Assembly: GCA_951406725.2 (NCBI GenBank) | Contig: OX597824.1 | Coordinates: 48,794,001-48,858,000, forward strand | Source: Octopus vulgaris | Taxonomy: Eukaryota | Length of the DNA: 64,000 nucleotides | Reading direction: 5' to 3' | Shown here: piece after piece, positions 13,421 to 26,657 of the stretch | Layout of the letters: every line of letters begins with the position of its first letter | How positions within the stretch are numbered: the stretch's first letter is position 1 | Made by a program: the position numbers and the translations under genes | The notes under the pieces: model-generated | The model's input: the letters and a program-made list of their open reading frames with translations, nothing else | The model's database searches: none | What the model was told of the DNA's origin: nothing

Positions 13421-14061
13421 TTACTGTTGTTGTTCTTGTTGTTCTTGTTCTTGTTCTTGTTATCTTTCTCGCAGTCATTATTGTAGCTCATTTTTTATTG
13501 TCATTGTGGCTGGTGTAATTCAATGCTGTTGATGTTGATGAAAAGCATTGGTGACGTATTTCTTTTTTATTGTTGTTTTATTGTTGTTCTTGCTGCTATT
13601 GTTTCCGTTGCTGATAATGATGATGAGGAGGAGAAAGAGGAGAAGGATGACGACGGTGGCAGCGACTCTCTTGATGGCGATGCCATTTTGCTTTTTGTTG
13701 ATTACATAGTTTATTACTTTCTGTTTATTTTCATGTGTCACTATTTTTGTTTTACCAATTCCTTTGAGAAACTTCAATTAATTATTCAAATAATTTCTTA
13801 CATTAATTCCGCTCCACCCCTCCTTGTTATTTAAACAACGCCATCTATTGACTTCTATTTAATAACGAAATCTTTTATCTTTTCTCTTTTACTTGTTTCA
13901 GTCATTAGACTGCGGCTATGCTGGGGCACAACTTTGAAGAAATTTTAGTCGAAGGAATCGCCTCCAGTTCATTTTTTTAAGCCTAGTACTTATTCTATTG
14001 GAACTGCGATGTTACGGTGGTGGGGAACAAACACACACACACACACACACACACACATACG

Positions 14062-14096
<35 letters not shown>

Positions 14097-14107
14097 TTAT
14101 ATATATT

Positions 14108-14140
<33 letters not shown>

Positions 14141-14160
14141 CTATATATATATATATATAT

Positions 14161-14578
14161 AAGTAGTTGAATGAATTAACTTAGTATGGATAAATCGGTT
14201 AACCGATACCTGGGTAGCAAATTCACGTCAGAAAAACACGGTTGAAGCTACAAGCCAAGGGCAGAGATCACGTGCTTTCGTGTGGAAATTTGTGTGTTTT
14301 TTTAATACAAATAAATGAAAGAATGGAGTTGAACGACGATTTAACAAAATTCCTTTATTCTCGACATATCTTAGATGACTGCCCACACGGAGACCATAGC
14401 GATAATGTCATCTAAGAGTTTTTGTTCATCTTGATGCTGACATAAGTTCCTTGTTTTTCCTGATGAGAAGGCGGCATAATGCACCCCTTATTCCTTCTAA
14501 ATTAGGAATATGCAGCCTTCGAAACATATGTCGAGAATAAAGGAATTTTGTTAAATCGTCGTTCAACTCCATTCTTTC

Positions 14579-14586
<8 letters not shown>
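14161..14586 (+). mobile_element. Small Penelope-LTR-like element with 61-bp perfect inverted repeat and hammerhead, inserted in (TA)n
   Basis: 14309-14369 is the exact reverse complement of 14526-14586. The terminus is shared with the PLE end at 28085 and with 63832-63900. Confidence 0.7.
14447..14545 (+). ncRNA. Type I hammerhead ribozyme
   Basis: CTGATGA at 14460; stem II GAAGGC/GCCTTC; GAAA at 14521; palindromic stem III CATATG; GUC site with predicted cut after 14532; stem I TTCCTTGTTTTTC/GAGAATAAAGGAA. Confidence 0.85.
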
Positions 14587-14634
<48 letters not shown>

Positions 14635-14739
14635 TCACGGTTAGCCGATCTAATTCTGCATTTCACTACTCAGTTTTGAACTGTTAAACATTATTATTGC
14701 ACTTGAAAAGAAGTCATAGTACCTAACAACTGTGAATAA

Positions 14740-15635
14740 GAAGAAACAACGAAAGCTATAAAACAACTGAAATCCAAACTAAAACTGGAACAGCAACGGA
14801 TCATGATAAAACGATGGCAAGAAAAGACCCTTCATGGCAAATACTGGGCTGAACTAAACCGAAAAGTAATAGACAAAGCAAAATTCCAACAATGGCTGAG
14901 AAGCTAAGGACTCAAAGTAGAGACAGAAGGATTTTTAAATGCAGCACAAGATCAAAGCCTCTCCCACCAGAAACTACGAAAAAAATGTAGTGAAAAGAAA
15001 TACAAGTAACTCCAGAATATGTTAAGATGGAGAAGAAACAATAAATTATATTCTCTCTGGCTGCCCGGTCCTGGCTAAGAAGGAATATATTCACAGACAC
15101 GATAGATTTGGGATTTATATACACTGGAAGCTATGCCAACACTAAGGATTATCAACAGAAAAAGATGGTATAGGCACATGCCAAAAAAGATCACAGAAAA
15201 TGAGAATGGAAGCATAATATGGGATATGTCAATACACAGAGATAGAGAAATTAAGGCCAATGTGCCAGATATAGTTGTCAGAGATCAAGAAAAAATCAAC
15301 AGATGACAATGTTTTTCTGAAAGAAACGGAGAAACTGTCAAAATACCAAGACTTGGAAATGGAGGTAACTCGAACGTGGAGTCTAGAAACAGAAACTATT
15401 CCTATTGTAGTAGGTGCATTAGGTGTTATAAAAGAAATATTCAGGCAATTGCGTAACAAAAACACCTGGACTAACATGTATATATAACATACAGAAAATA
15501 GCACTGCACACATCCTACGTAAAACACTTTCAATAGAGTAAGAAAAGAGCATCAGAAAAATACCACAGCACATGCCTGAGGCACACAGTGCTGCACTCGA
15601 TAGTGCAGTGAAAGCACGTGATAAAAATAAGACTA

Positions 15636-15641
<6 letters not shown>
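14740..15641 (+). mobile_element. Diverged 3' fragment of R4/Dong-like family A
   Basis: EKLSKYQDLEMEVTRTWSLETETIPIVVGALG; 3' UTR ending ACTACTGAAT(AA)n. Confidence 0.88.
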
Positions 15642-15724
<83 letters not shown>

Positions 15725-15980
15725 GGCTGAACAAGCACCTGGACGAAAACAAACTGTTCCCAGAAGAGCAGAAAGGATGCCGCAAAGGCTCATATGGCTG
15801 TAAAGATCAACTAATGATTAATAAAGCCATAACTGAAGACAGCCACAGAAAGAAGAAAGGCCTCAGTATGGCCTGGATTGACTACAAAAGGCGTTTGATA
15901 GCATCCCCCACACATGGATCCTCGAAACACTAGCCATTAACAAAGTAGCACCAACAATCATAAAATTCATAGAGCACTCT

Positions 15981-16433
15981 ATGAATAAATGGCAAACAGT
16001 CCTACACCTCCAAACAAAAGAGGGACTCATGAAAACCAAAGACATCCCCATTAGAAGAGGAATATTCCAGGGAGACACGCTCTCTCCACTCCTTTTCTGC
16101 TTGGCACTGTCACCTCTATCTGATATGCTAAATAGAACTGGATACGGATATAAATGTTACGGCAAAACGATCAGCTACCTTTTATATATGGATGACCTAA
16201 AACTATACGCTGCAAATGACAAACAGCTGGAAACACTATTAAAGACAGTTCATGGATTTACCAAAGAAATAGATATGAAATTTGGATTAGAAAAATGCGC
16301 CAAAGTAACCATGAAAAGAGGAAAACTAGTTAAGAGTAACAACATCACACTAGATAAAACCAATGAAATAAAAGAATTAGACCAAAGCCAAACTTACAAA
16401 TACTTAGGAATCCATGAACTAGATAAGACATAA
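15981..16433 (+). pseudogene. Reverse transcriptase core fragment
   Basis: RGIFQGDTLSPLLF and LLYMDDLKLYA; premature stop at 16431. Confidence 0.9.
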
Positions 16434-16627
16434 CACACACAAATGAAAGAGAAAATAAAAAAGAATATTATAGACGAGTTAGATCAATACTAAACACAGA
16501 GCTCAATGCTAAAAACAAGATAATAGGTATCAACACTTTAGCTGTCCCAGTTATAAGTTACAGCTACAATATCCTTAACTGGACACGAAATGAACTGACC
16601 AAAATAGATAGGAAAACAAGAAAAATA

Positions 16628-17743
16628 ATGACAGGATCTAGGATGCATCAGCCAAAATCTGACATAGAAAGACTATATATACAACGTATAGAAGGTGGTA
16701 GAGGCCTTATACAGCTGGAAAACTACTATAAAATAACCACCATAGGACTACAAAAATATCTACTTCAGAAGGAAGGAAAACTGATCCAGATAGCGGCAAA
16801 ACACGAGCAAAACAAAAAACTGTTCTCAGTATTTAAGGAAGCTGACAAATACAAACAAGAAATCATACCACCTAATAAACATGAAGAAGAAGAAGAAGAT
16901 GAAGAAACAACAAAAGCTATAAAACAAATGAAATCCAAACTAAAAATAGAACAGCAACGAACCATGATCAAACGATGGCAAGAAAAGCCCCTTCATGGTA
17001 AATACTGGACTAAACTAACCGCAAAAGAAATAGACAAAGAAAAATCCCAGCAATGGTTGAGAAGCTCAGGACTCAAAGCAGAAACAGAAGGATTTTTAAT
17101 TGCAGCACAAGACCAAAGCCTCCCCACCAGAAATTACCAAAAACATGTAATGAAAAGAAACATTACAAGTAACTGCAGAATATGTGGAGATGGACAAGAA
17201 ACAATAAATCATATTATCTCTAGCTGCCCAGTATTGGCTAAGAAGGAATATATTCACAGACATGACAGAGTTGGAACCTACATACATTGGAAGCTATGCC
17301 AACATTATGGAATAACAACAGAAAAAAGATGGTATAGGCACACACCAGAAAAGGTCACAGAAAACGAGAAAGCAACCATACTCTGGGATATGCCGATACA
17401 CACAGATAGAGAAATTAAGGCCAACAGACTAGATATAGTTGTCAGAGATCATGAAGAAAAAAAATGCTTTCTAATTGATGTATCAATACCGGCAGATGAC
17501 AACGTGTCTCTAAAAGAAATGGAGAAACTCTCAAAATACAAAGACCTGGAAATAGAGGTAACTAGAATGTGGAATCTGAAAACAGAAACAATTCCTATCA
17601 TAGTAGGTGCATTAGGCATGATAAAAAAATATTCAGACAAATACATAACAAAAACACCAGGACTTACAAACACATATAACATACAGAAAATTGCACTACT
17701 AGGCACTGCACACATCCTACGCAGAACACTTTCCATACAATAA
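16628..17743 (+). pseudogene. Linker, CCHC zinc knuckle and RLE endonuclease segment (371 aa)
   Basis: CRICGDGQETINHIISSC, RHD, RLDIVV (PD in sister copies), LIDVSIP, KLSKY. Confidence 0.9.
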
Positions 17744-17837
17744 CCATCAGAGCATCACAACAAATCACAGCACATACCCAAGGCACACAGAGCTGTGCTC
17801 GGTAGTGAAGTGAAAGCACGCTATAAAAATAAAACTA

Positions 17838-17973
<136 letters not shown>

Positions 17974-18003
17974 GTAATAGTAATAATAATAATAACAACG
18001 ATG

Positions 18004-18372
<369 letters not shown>

Positions 18373-18384
18373 ATAATAATAATA

Positions 18385-18655
18385 ATCCTTTCTATTAAAG
18401 GCACATGGCCTGGAATTTGGGAGAGGGGACTAGTCGATTACATCGACCCCAGTGTTTCACTGATACTTAATTTATCAACCCCGAGGGGTTGAAAGGCAAA
18501 GTCGACCTCGGCGGAATTCGAACTGCTGAGGTCGACTTTGCCTTTCATCTTTTCGGAGTCGATAAAATAAGTACCAGTTGTGCGCAGGTTCGATGTAATC
18601 GACTTACATCCCACCCCTGAAATTGCTGGACTTGTGCCAAAATCTGAAATCAATA
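18385..18655. mobile_element. Head-to-head inverted pair of headless SINE family A bodies
   Basis: GAAAGGCAAAGTCGACCTCGGCG (18491-18513) faces CTGCTGAGGTCGACTTTGCCTTTC (18523-18546). Confidence 0.85.
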
Positions 18656-19097
18656 TGCTAAAGTATTGATGACAAAGGTGAGTGTGTCGTAGCAAGAAGT
18701 CAGCTGCCAGCATGATCTACGATGTGGTTTCAAACGACTGCCGAATCCATTCTATTTCATTTACTTTAGAGCAGCTTCAGTATGAGCAAGAAGGTCCTAA
18801 AAGGAAACAAATTAATGAGTTCCTTATGAGCTAGTTTCAATTTCATATGTCTTTTGTTATTTATAATGATCTCTAATTTAGGCACAGGGCCAAAAATTTT
18901 CAAAGGTGGGGATCAGTTCATACCATCGACCCCGGCACTTGACTAGTATTTTATTTTATAGTTCAGACTCCTAAAGGATGAAAGGGTAATTTGAGCTCTG
19001 TTCGATTTGAATTCAGAACATATAAGGCCAGAACAAATACCGCAAGGAATTTTTTACGACGCTCAAATTTATCACCCAATAATGATAATAATCCTTT

Positions 19098-19687
19098 CTA
19101 CTATAGGCACCATCCTGAAGCTGCGACTGAGGGAGAAAATGTGTCGATTCTATGGGACTTCCCCGTACATATCGACAGAACTGTAAAAGCTAATAAACCG
19201 GATATTATTATAAAAGATCAGACAAAAAAGGTGTGTTTATTAATTGATATGAGTATTCCTTGCGATTACAATATAGCGGCGAAAGAATTTGACAAGATTA
19301 GTAAATATAAGGACTTGGTAATGGAAATTGAAAAAATGTGGCATCTCAAGGCGACTACAGTACCAGTGATTGTAGAATCTCTAGGAATGATAAAAAAAAA
19401 GGTACTGAAACCTATTTGAAAATGATACCAGGCTTGCCATCCCTACAGGAAATGCAAAAAATCGTGTTAACTGGAACGACTCATGTACTGAGAAAAGCAT
19501 TATCGTTATGAAAACAACATCCATTCATGAATTAATCTATTTATTAATTTTTTAAATACATATTTTACCTGTGAGTTTGCGTGTGTAATCTGGGAATGCA
19601 TACAATGAGCTTCTCTGCGCTAGGTGTACGGAAAACACTCGACGAGAAATGGAAGAAAATTTGAAGAAAGAAGGAAAAAAAAAAAAA

Positions 19688-19690
<3 letters not shown>
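19098..19690 (+). mobile_element. 3' fragment of family B-related R4/Dong-like element
   Basis: HHPEAATEGENVSILWDFPVH..KPDII..LIDMSIPCD; family B-like 3' UTR then (TAA)n. Confidence 0.88.
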
Positions 19691-19726
<36 letters not shown>

Positions 19727-20399
19727 TTTTTCCTTATTGACTACCAGAGCCGAACACAAAACATAAAGGACAATACACAGACGAGGAACAGTGAAGTTAA
19801 ACGTGTAATCATACTGTGATACTGAGTAGGCATTATCCGGCTCCAACCTTTTGAGGATAACACTGCACGACTATCGACGACTTCGGAATATAATAATATC
19901 TGTCAGAGTGACAATCGTTGTCAAAAGACAGGTACAACAGTGGCAAAATTTTATAACAATTTCTGAGGTCGATAAATTATTGAACAAATATTTTCAGTCA
20001 GTAAAACAGAATTCTGCTGTTTGTGAGGTAAATAGTTTATTTTACACTTAAATAGTTGTTAATAAATATGAATTGGGGAATTAAAAACCAAAAACCTAGG
20101 AAACATTTAATTATGAATAACAATATTTCATTGAAACTTATCATTTACCACTTTGACTTAAATGTTACGTTATTGTAGACAAAATTATTACATAAACATC
20201 CCTTTTACTTTTACCGACTGCCACATATATTACTAGTATACACTCACATATTTACAGCTGTGAGAGCATTTATGTGATTTCTCGAACTGCTTAAAATAGC
20301 AGTCAAATAGCCTTCATATCATCCAGAAAGACACATCATAGTGATGAAACCAGGACTTTGTTTAGAAACGTTATTTATGAAGAAGTCAGCTAAGTAAAT

Positions 20400-20756
20400 G
20401 CAAATACTATACAATGTTTATTCTGAGTTTGCTGTGTATAAAATAAAATATTTTTAAAATAAACAATTTTAGTTAAATAATATTAAACAATATTATATTT
20501 ATAAAACCTTTCCTGAGAAAGACAACCTAAAATTAGTTGATTTACCCAACTAAAACGCGCTTAATAAAACTTCTATTTTTCTGAGAATGAAAATAGGAGT
20601 AAAGTTAATAACTTTCTAATTCTTTTAAAGATACTTTTTTTTCTGTATTTAAACTGAATATATTTTATATTAAACGTAACATTTTAAATGGGCAAACGAA
20701 ATTTAAAATTCAAATTTTACATCTTGCCATCAGCAAAGTAACGGGCATCGAACTAG
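20400..20756 (+). mobile_element. Possible Helitron 3' end (5' boundary uncertain)
   Basis: Imperfect GC hairpin GCCATCAGCAAAGTAACGGGC followed 7 nt later by CTAG|T. Confidence 0.45.
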
Positions 20757-21506
20757 TACAACAAAAAAATATATATCAGACATAAAAACATCTGTAAGAA
20801 GAGATTTTCGTCAAATCGCAAAGAAAAAAAACAGTGTAAAAAGTGTGTTTCTAACAAAACAGACTTTTTACACTGTTTTTGTTTTTTCTTTGCAGTCCCG
20901 AAGCGATTTTGTCAAAAATGAAGGAAAAACAAAATAGAAGTCAATGTATCCCCAATAACAAGATGCTACCTGAAGAAGTCTGGTTTCTTGTTAAAATAGT
21001 AAGGCGTTGTAATGCCTTAAAATAACACTTGTCTGCCTCTAGTACAACTAATTATCCTGCGAGCGTGAAAACATATATCAAATTGACGAAACGGTATATT
21101 ACACGTAGGAATACCAGAACACTAGCAAAGCAACATCACTCAGCGCAATATGCCGACAAAATATTAAAACTGGTTTAGTGAGAAGCACGAATGTTGTGCA
21201 CGTCTGGATTGTGGGAGTACACTTCAGTAAGAAACAGAGCCCTAACGGCAGCCTCAGAATCAAGATGGATATGTGGAAGTATATCACGAACAAGGCCGGG
21301 TGCCATTAATAGCCCAGTACCATATTTTCCAATATTCTATAAGGTAACCATATGGTATATTGGGTAGCAACAACAACAAAGTTTGAAGCAAGGAAAATTA
21401 TTACAGTCTAATCGTACATAGCTGAACAATTTTCAGTGATTGCAAATGTACGGGACGTAATTATTTAAAGAAAATGTAGCATCAACTTAATCGTTTGCTC
21501 GTTGTA

Positions 21507-22736
21507 TTGGGTCATCCCATAAATAATGCGGTCTTTTCAATTATATTTCAAACTAAAAGTCTGAAGGGGACGGGATAAACTACCTGCATCTACTTGCTAT
21601 AAAATCAGGCAGTAATTTTACCTTGTCCTTATTTTTAGTACAAGTTTTGAAGAGTGCTGTTCGATCTTAACAGTTATATTCTCAAAGCTATAATGGAACT
21701 GACAAAGGAGCATATTAGGCATATTTTGCTCTATGACTTCAATAAAGGTAATAACGCAACAGAAAGTGCAAGGGATATTAATGTAGTATATGGGGATCGA
21801 ACAATAAGCGTAAGCCAGCGTCAACAGTGGTTCCAGAAATTCCGAGCCAGAAACTACAGCCTAGAAGACGTGCCTCGTCCTGGAAGATCTGTAGAGCTCG
21901 ACGAGGACGACGTGCAAACCCTAGTGAAACAAAATCCCATCATAACAGTTGAGGAACTAGAAGAGAAGCTTAGATTTGGTCATTCAACACCTGCGTGCCA
22001 TCAGAAAAGTCAGCAAATTGGGTTAATGGATCCTTCAAACTTTCCGAATCTAATTGCCTACAGAGAGTGAATGTGTGTTCTTCTTTGCTGCCACGTCTCA
22101 CGATTGAACCTTTTTCGGACCGAATAGTGACCGGTGATGAGAAATGGGCTCTCTATAAAAATGTCAAGCGTCGAAGACAGTGGGTAGTGGAAGAAAAAAC
22201 ACTGGCACCCCAATCTAAAGAAGGTCTTCACTCACGTAGGGTTTGTTATCTGTTTTAAACCCAAACCAAACGATAACAAAGATCTACTGCAAGCAGCTTG
22301 AACGACTTAAGTTAGCGCTAAAAGTAAAACGACCGTCTTTGGTTTCAAGACGAAAGGTGTTCTTCCTTCAAAATAATGCTCGGCCACATACAACGAGGAT
22401 GACATTCCAAAGGCTGGAACAGTTTGAATGGGAAACGATACTCCACCTTCCATATTCGGCAGACATTGCCCTATCTGATTATCATTTATTCTGCAGTCTT
22501 CAAAATTATTTGGGCGGAAAAAATATGAATTCTGTAGGCTAGGTCATATCAGTACTGGAGAAGCATTTTTCATCACGGACAAGTGAATTTTGGAAGAAGG
22601 GCCTTGCAAGATAGATGGAAGAACATTGCAGAAAATGAGGGAGAGTATATTTTAGATTAAAAAAGAACTGTGTTTATCTTAATTTTGAAAAATAAATAAA
22701 TATTTAAAAAAACGCATTATTTATAGGTTGACCCAA
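21507..22736 (+). mobile_element. Full-length decayed mariner transposon (~1.23 kb)
   Basis: TIRs TTGGGTCATCCCATAAATAATGCG / CGCATTATTTATAGGTTGACCCAA; TA target duplication at both ends. Confidence 0.95.
21693..22660 (+). pseudogene. Mariner DD34D transposase pseudogene
   Basis: HTH region (WFQKFR..PRPGRS), IVTGDEKW, LQNNARPH, HLPYSADIALSDYHLF across three frames. Confidence 0.93.
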
Positions 22737-23500
22737 TAATTTATTTTCCCTTAGAACTCAAAAATTAGAGATGGGGACAATTTCTAAAATGTTCAGCTAT
22801 CATCTTTGCAAAAAAATGACATTTATTATATACAAAAAGCATACATCGAAAAGAAAAAGCACAACAAAAAAAATTAAAAGCATAAAATATGAAAAATATA
22901 TATATATACTACCCCAAAACTGGAATTGAAATTTCCCAGTATATACGGAAACTATATCAAATGAGATTCATAGAGGTTTTTAGAGTGTTTTTGTTATAGC
23001 TGTGTTTTATTTTTCCTTGGAATAAAAATGGCGGATTTTTATAGCTCCTTTGCTTGTTTCTTTGTTGCTTTTTATTTCACTAATATAACTAAAAAAAAAT
23101 AGAAAAAGAAACTGTCTGGTTTATTGCTATCTCTTTTGCCAAAAGGAAAAGGGAAACATCCTTGCTCGATTTGACAATATTCGAACATATATTTATCTAT
23201 TTATTTATTTATTTATTTATTTTGTTTCTGCCTTCCTTTGCCATTGACATTTTCTTTGAATGTGACGTCGTCAATGGTCGGTAGTTATATCATATTAGAA
23301 GGGTTCGTTGTCGTCCATATTGCTTTAATATCCTGTTGACGCCTTCAATGCATTTTGGTTTTAATCTATGTCTCATTCTGTTTCTTTATTTACTTTTATT
23401 GTTTTCTTTGTTGTTGCTTGCTTGTTTCTGTTGCTATGGGATGTGTAACGTTTTCTCTACAATATTTCTCTCTTCACACACACATACACACATACACACA

Positions 23501-23562
<62 letters not shown>

Positions 23563-23856
23563 AACATTAACGTTTCCGTCTCTTTATTTCTGTCTCTGTC
23601 TCTCTTTTTCTGCGCTTCTCGCATACATTGCTGTTAATTGCAAAAACAAACAATGAATAAATAATTAAAAAGACGAATAAAAAAGAAATAAAAGGAGGGC
23701 AGCAGCGGTGGAAGGTGTTGGACAATTGGCATTGTGATGACAGCGATATTGTGGCAGGTGCACATTTACACACACACACATACACACACATATATGTGTG
23801 TATAGTATGCATCCATATATGCATTTATACACGCACACGCACATATATAAATATAA

Positions 23857-23923
<67 letters not shown>

Positions 23924-23927
23924 TAGA

Positions 23928-23960
<33 letters not shown>

Positions 23961-23978
23961 TACCTTATATATATATAT

Positions 23979-24018
<40 letters not shown>

Positions 24019-24307
24019 CATATATATTATATATATATAAGTACCCAAGGTCTCACTATACGTACATACTTATCCACAAATACACACAGGCATTCATACA
24101 TACTTCACACTCCATTCATTCTTTCTCCCTCTCCCTCACTTTCCCTCTCTCTCTCTCTCTCTCTCCCCTCGTTTCCTCTTTGATGCATGTAGATTCTCTC
24201 TCTCCCTCCCTCTCTCTCTCTCATTCTCTGTATATCTATCAATATATCTCTTCTACATTTACACAGGAATACATGTTATACAGAAGAGAATCTTTGCCTA
24301 TTTCCCG

Positions 24308-24358
<51 letters not shown>

Positions 24359-24813
24359 TCTTTCTTTATTCCTCTCTTGCTTTCTCTTACACATAATTAC
24401 ACGCGCATAGACATTCTTTCATTCTCCTCCACCAATCTCTCTCTGTCTCTATCTCTCTCCGTCTCACCTAAACTTGCACCATCAAACACGTACATACACA
24501 CTCATTCACGTATACACAAACTTACAGACACACATACTCCAATACATACGTATGTACGCCCATACACACATTCAACTATTCACACATGCACCGTTTCCTT
24601 TTCTCTATCTCCCTTACGTAAATTTACTTACACATTCACTTACACACACGTACATACACACACACACACACACACAACGCAGCAAACACACACACATACA
24701 CACACACATTCAGGCACATACATATGCAAACACCCAAACACATAACATTTCATTCTCTGTGTCTATCTCCCCTCTTTCTCTCTCCCTCTTCTTCTCTCTT
24801 TCATTTCCTATCA

Positions 24814-24854
<41 letters not shown>

Positions 24855-24979
24855 ACTCTATCTATCTATCTGTCTGTCTATCTGTCTTTCTATCTATCTA
24901 TCTTTTTATTTATCTCTACCTATCTACCGCTCTTTATCTAAGCTCATGGGCAAATGCACGCATACACACACTCTCACTA

Positions 24980-25053
<74 letters not shown>

Positions 25054-25276
25054 AGACATGCACACACACTCAGACGTACGCACACTCACGCTGGAGTCAG
25101 CGACCTCGCCATCGTGGCTTTTATCCAGTACCCAGTACAATTATGCAGCAGACTAACGAAACAAAAGCCTTTTTGTAATAATATTTTTAACGTCGTTTTC
25201 CTTGCATCCAATCATATGTACATTACTTTTAAAATACCTCCACATACATACGCATATACATATACTTATACACTCA

Positions 25277-25319
<43 letters not shown>

Positions 25320-25354
25320 CAGTGAGTACTAAGAACCTATATGGCCAATATATA

Positions 25355-25566
<212 letters not shown>

Positions 25567-25644
25567 TATGTGCGCGCGCATTCATAAAAATATACACATG
25601 CACAGAGGATACATACATAGACATACTCACACATACTCTCTCTG

Positions 25645-25718
<74 letters not shown>

Positions 25719-25959
25719 ACACACACTCTTTCTCTTTCTCCCTGGTTTCTCTCTCTCACTCTCTCTCTTTCTTTCTCACACATACACGTACTTGCACATA
25801 CTCTGAGGCTGAAAAATGAGTGTTATGAAGAAGTGGGGAGGGAAATGGTGTCTGACATGGTGTATTAATAATGGTTATACTGGTAGTGATGATGGTTTTA
25901 GCGGCTGGTGGTGTTGGGGATGAAGTTCATCGCATTGCTGATGTTGCTGGTGATGCTGA

Positions 25960-26160
25960 CGACGGCGGCGGCGGTGGTGGTGGTTCTGGTGGTGCTGGCG
26001 GTTCTGGTGGTGCTGGGGGTGCTGGGGTGCTGGTGGAGGTGGTGGTGGTGGTGGTTCTGGTGGTGCTGGTGGTTCTGGTGGTGCTGGGGGTGCTGGGGTG
26101 CTGGTGGAGGTGGTGGTGGTGCTGGTGGAGGTGGTGCTGGTGGTTCTGGTGGTGCTGCTG
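25960..26160. repeat. GGT/GCT-based minisatellite with a ~71-bp internal duplication
   Basis: GGTTCTGGTGGTGCTGG(C/T)GGTTCTGGTGGTGCTGGGGGTGCTGGGGTGCTGGTGGAGGT occurs at ~25982 and ~26053. Confidence 0.8.
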
Positions 26161-26418
26161 GAAGTGATGGTAAGAGGAACGGTGTTAATGGTCATTGGTA
26201 ATATTGGTGGTGCTGCTGGTGGTAGTGGTCGTCGTCGTCGTTGTTGTCATGAGAATGGTGCTGTGGGATGATGGACATGGTGGTCGTGGTGGACGTCATG
26301 GTAGTGGTGGTCCTGGGGATGGTGATGTGGGGATGGTAGTGGTCGTGGTCGTCGTCGTCGACGTCGTTGTCGACGTGGTTGTTGTGTTAGTGGTCGCCAT
26401 TCATCCTGCTGAAGTCAA

Positions 26419-26657
26419 GGCGGCGAGCTGGTAGAATCGTTAGCACGCCGGGCGAAATGCGTAACCGTATTTCGTCTGCCGTTATGTTCTGGGTTCAAAT
26501 TCCGCCGAGGTCGACTTTGCCTTTCATCCTTTCGGGGTCGATTAAATAAGTACCAGTTACGCCCTGGAGTCGATATAATCGACTTAATCCGTTTATCTGT
26601 CCTTGTTTGTCCCCTCTGTGTTTAGCCCCTTGTGGGCAATAAAGAAATAAGAATAAG
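26419..26657 (+). mobile_element. Full-length SINE family A (tRNA head, Meta-domain-like centre, tail type 1)
   Basis: GGCGGCGAGCTGGTAGAATCGTTAG A-box; GGGTTCAAATTCC B-box; GCCTTTCATCCTTTCGGGGTCGAT..AGTACCA centre. Confidence 0.9.

Noticed and set aside
20965-21040. CTGAAGA possible hammerhead core
   Set aside because: No stem II closure followed by GAAA.
19780-21350. Possible host exons ending in GT donors (~20028, ~21343)
   Set aside because: Manual translation gave no recognisable protein and several frames contain stops.
26419-26510. tRNA gene calls at SINE heads
   Set aside because: A and B boxes are present but there is no acceptor stem, and they continue into SINE bodies in many copies.
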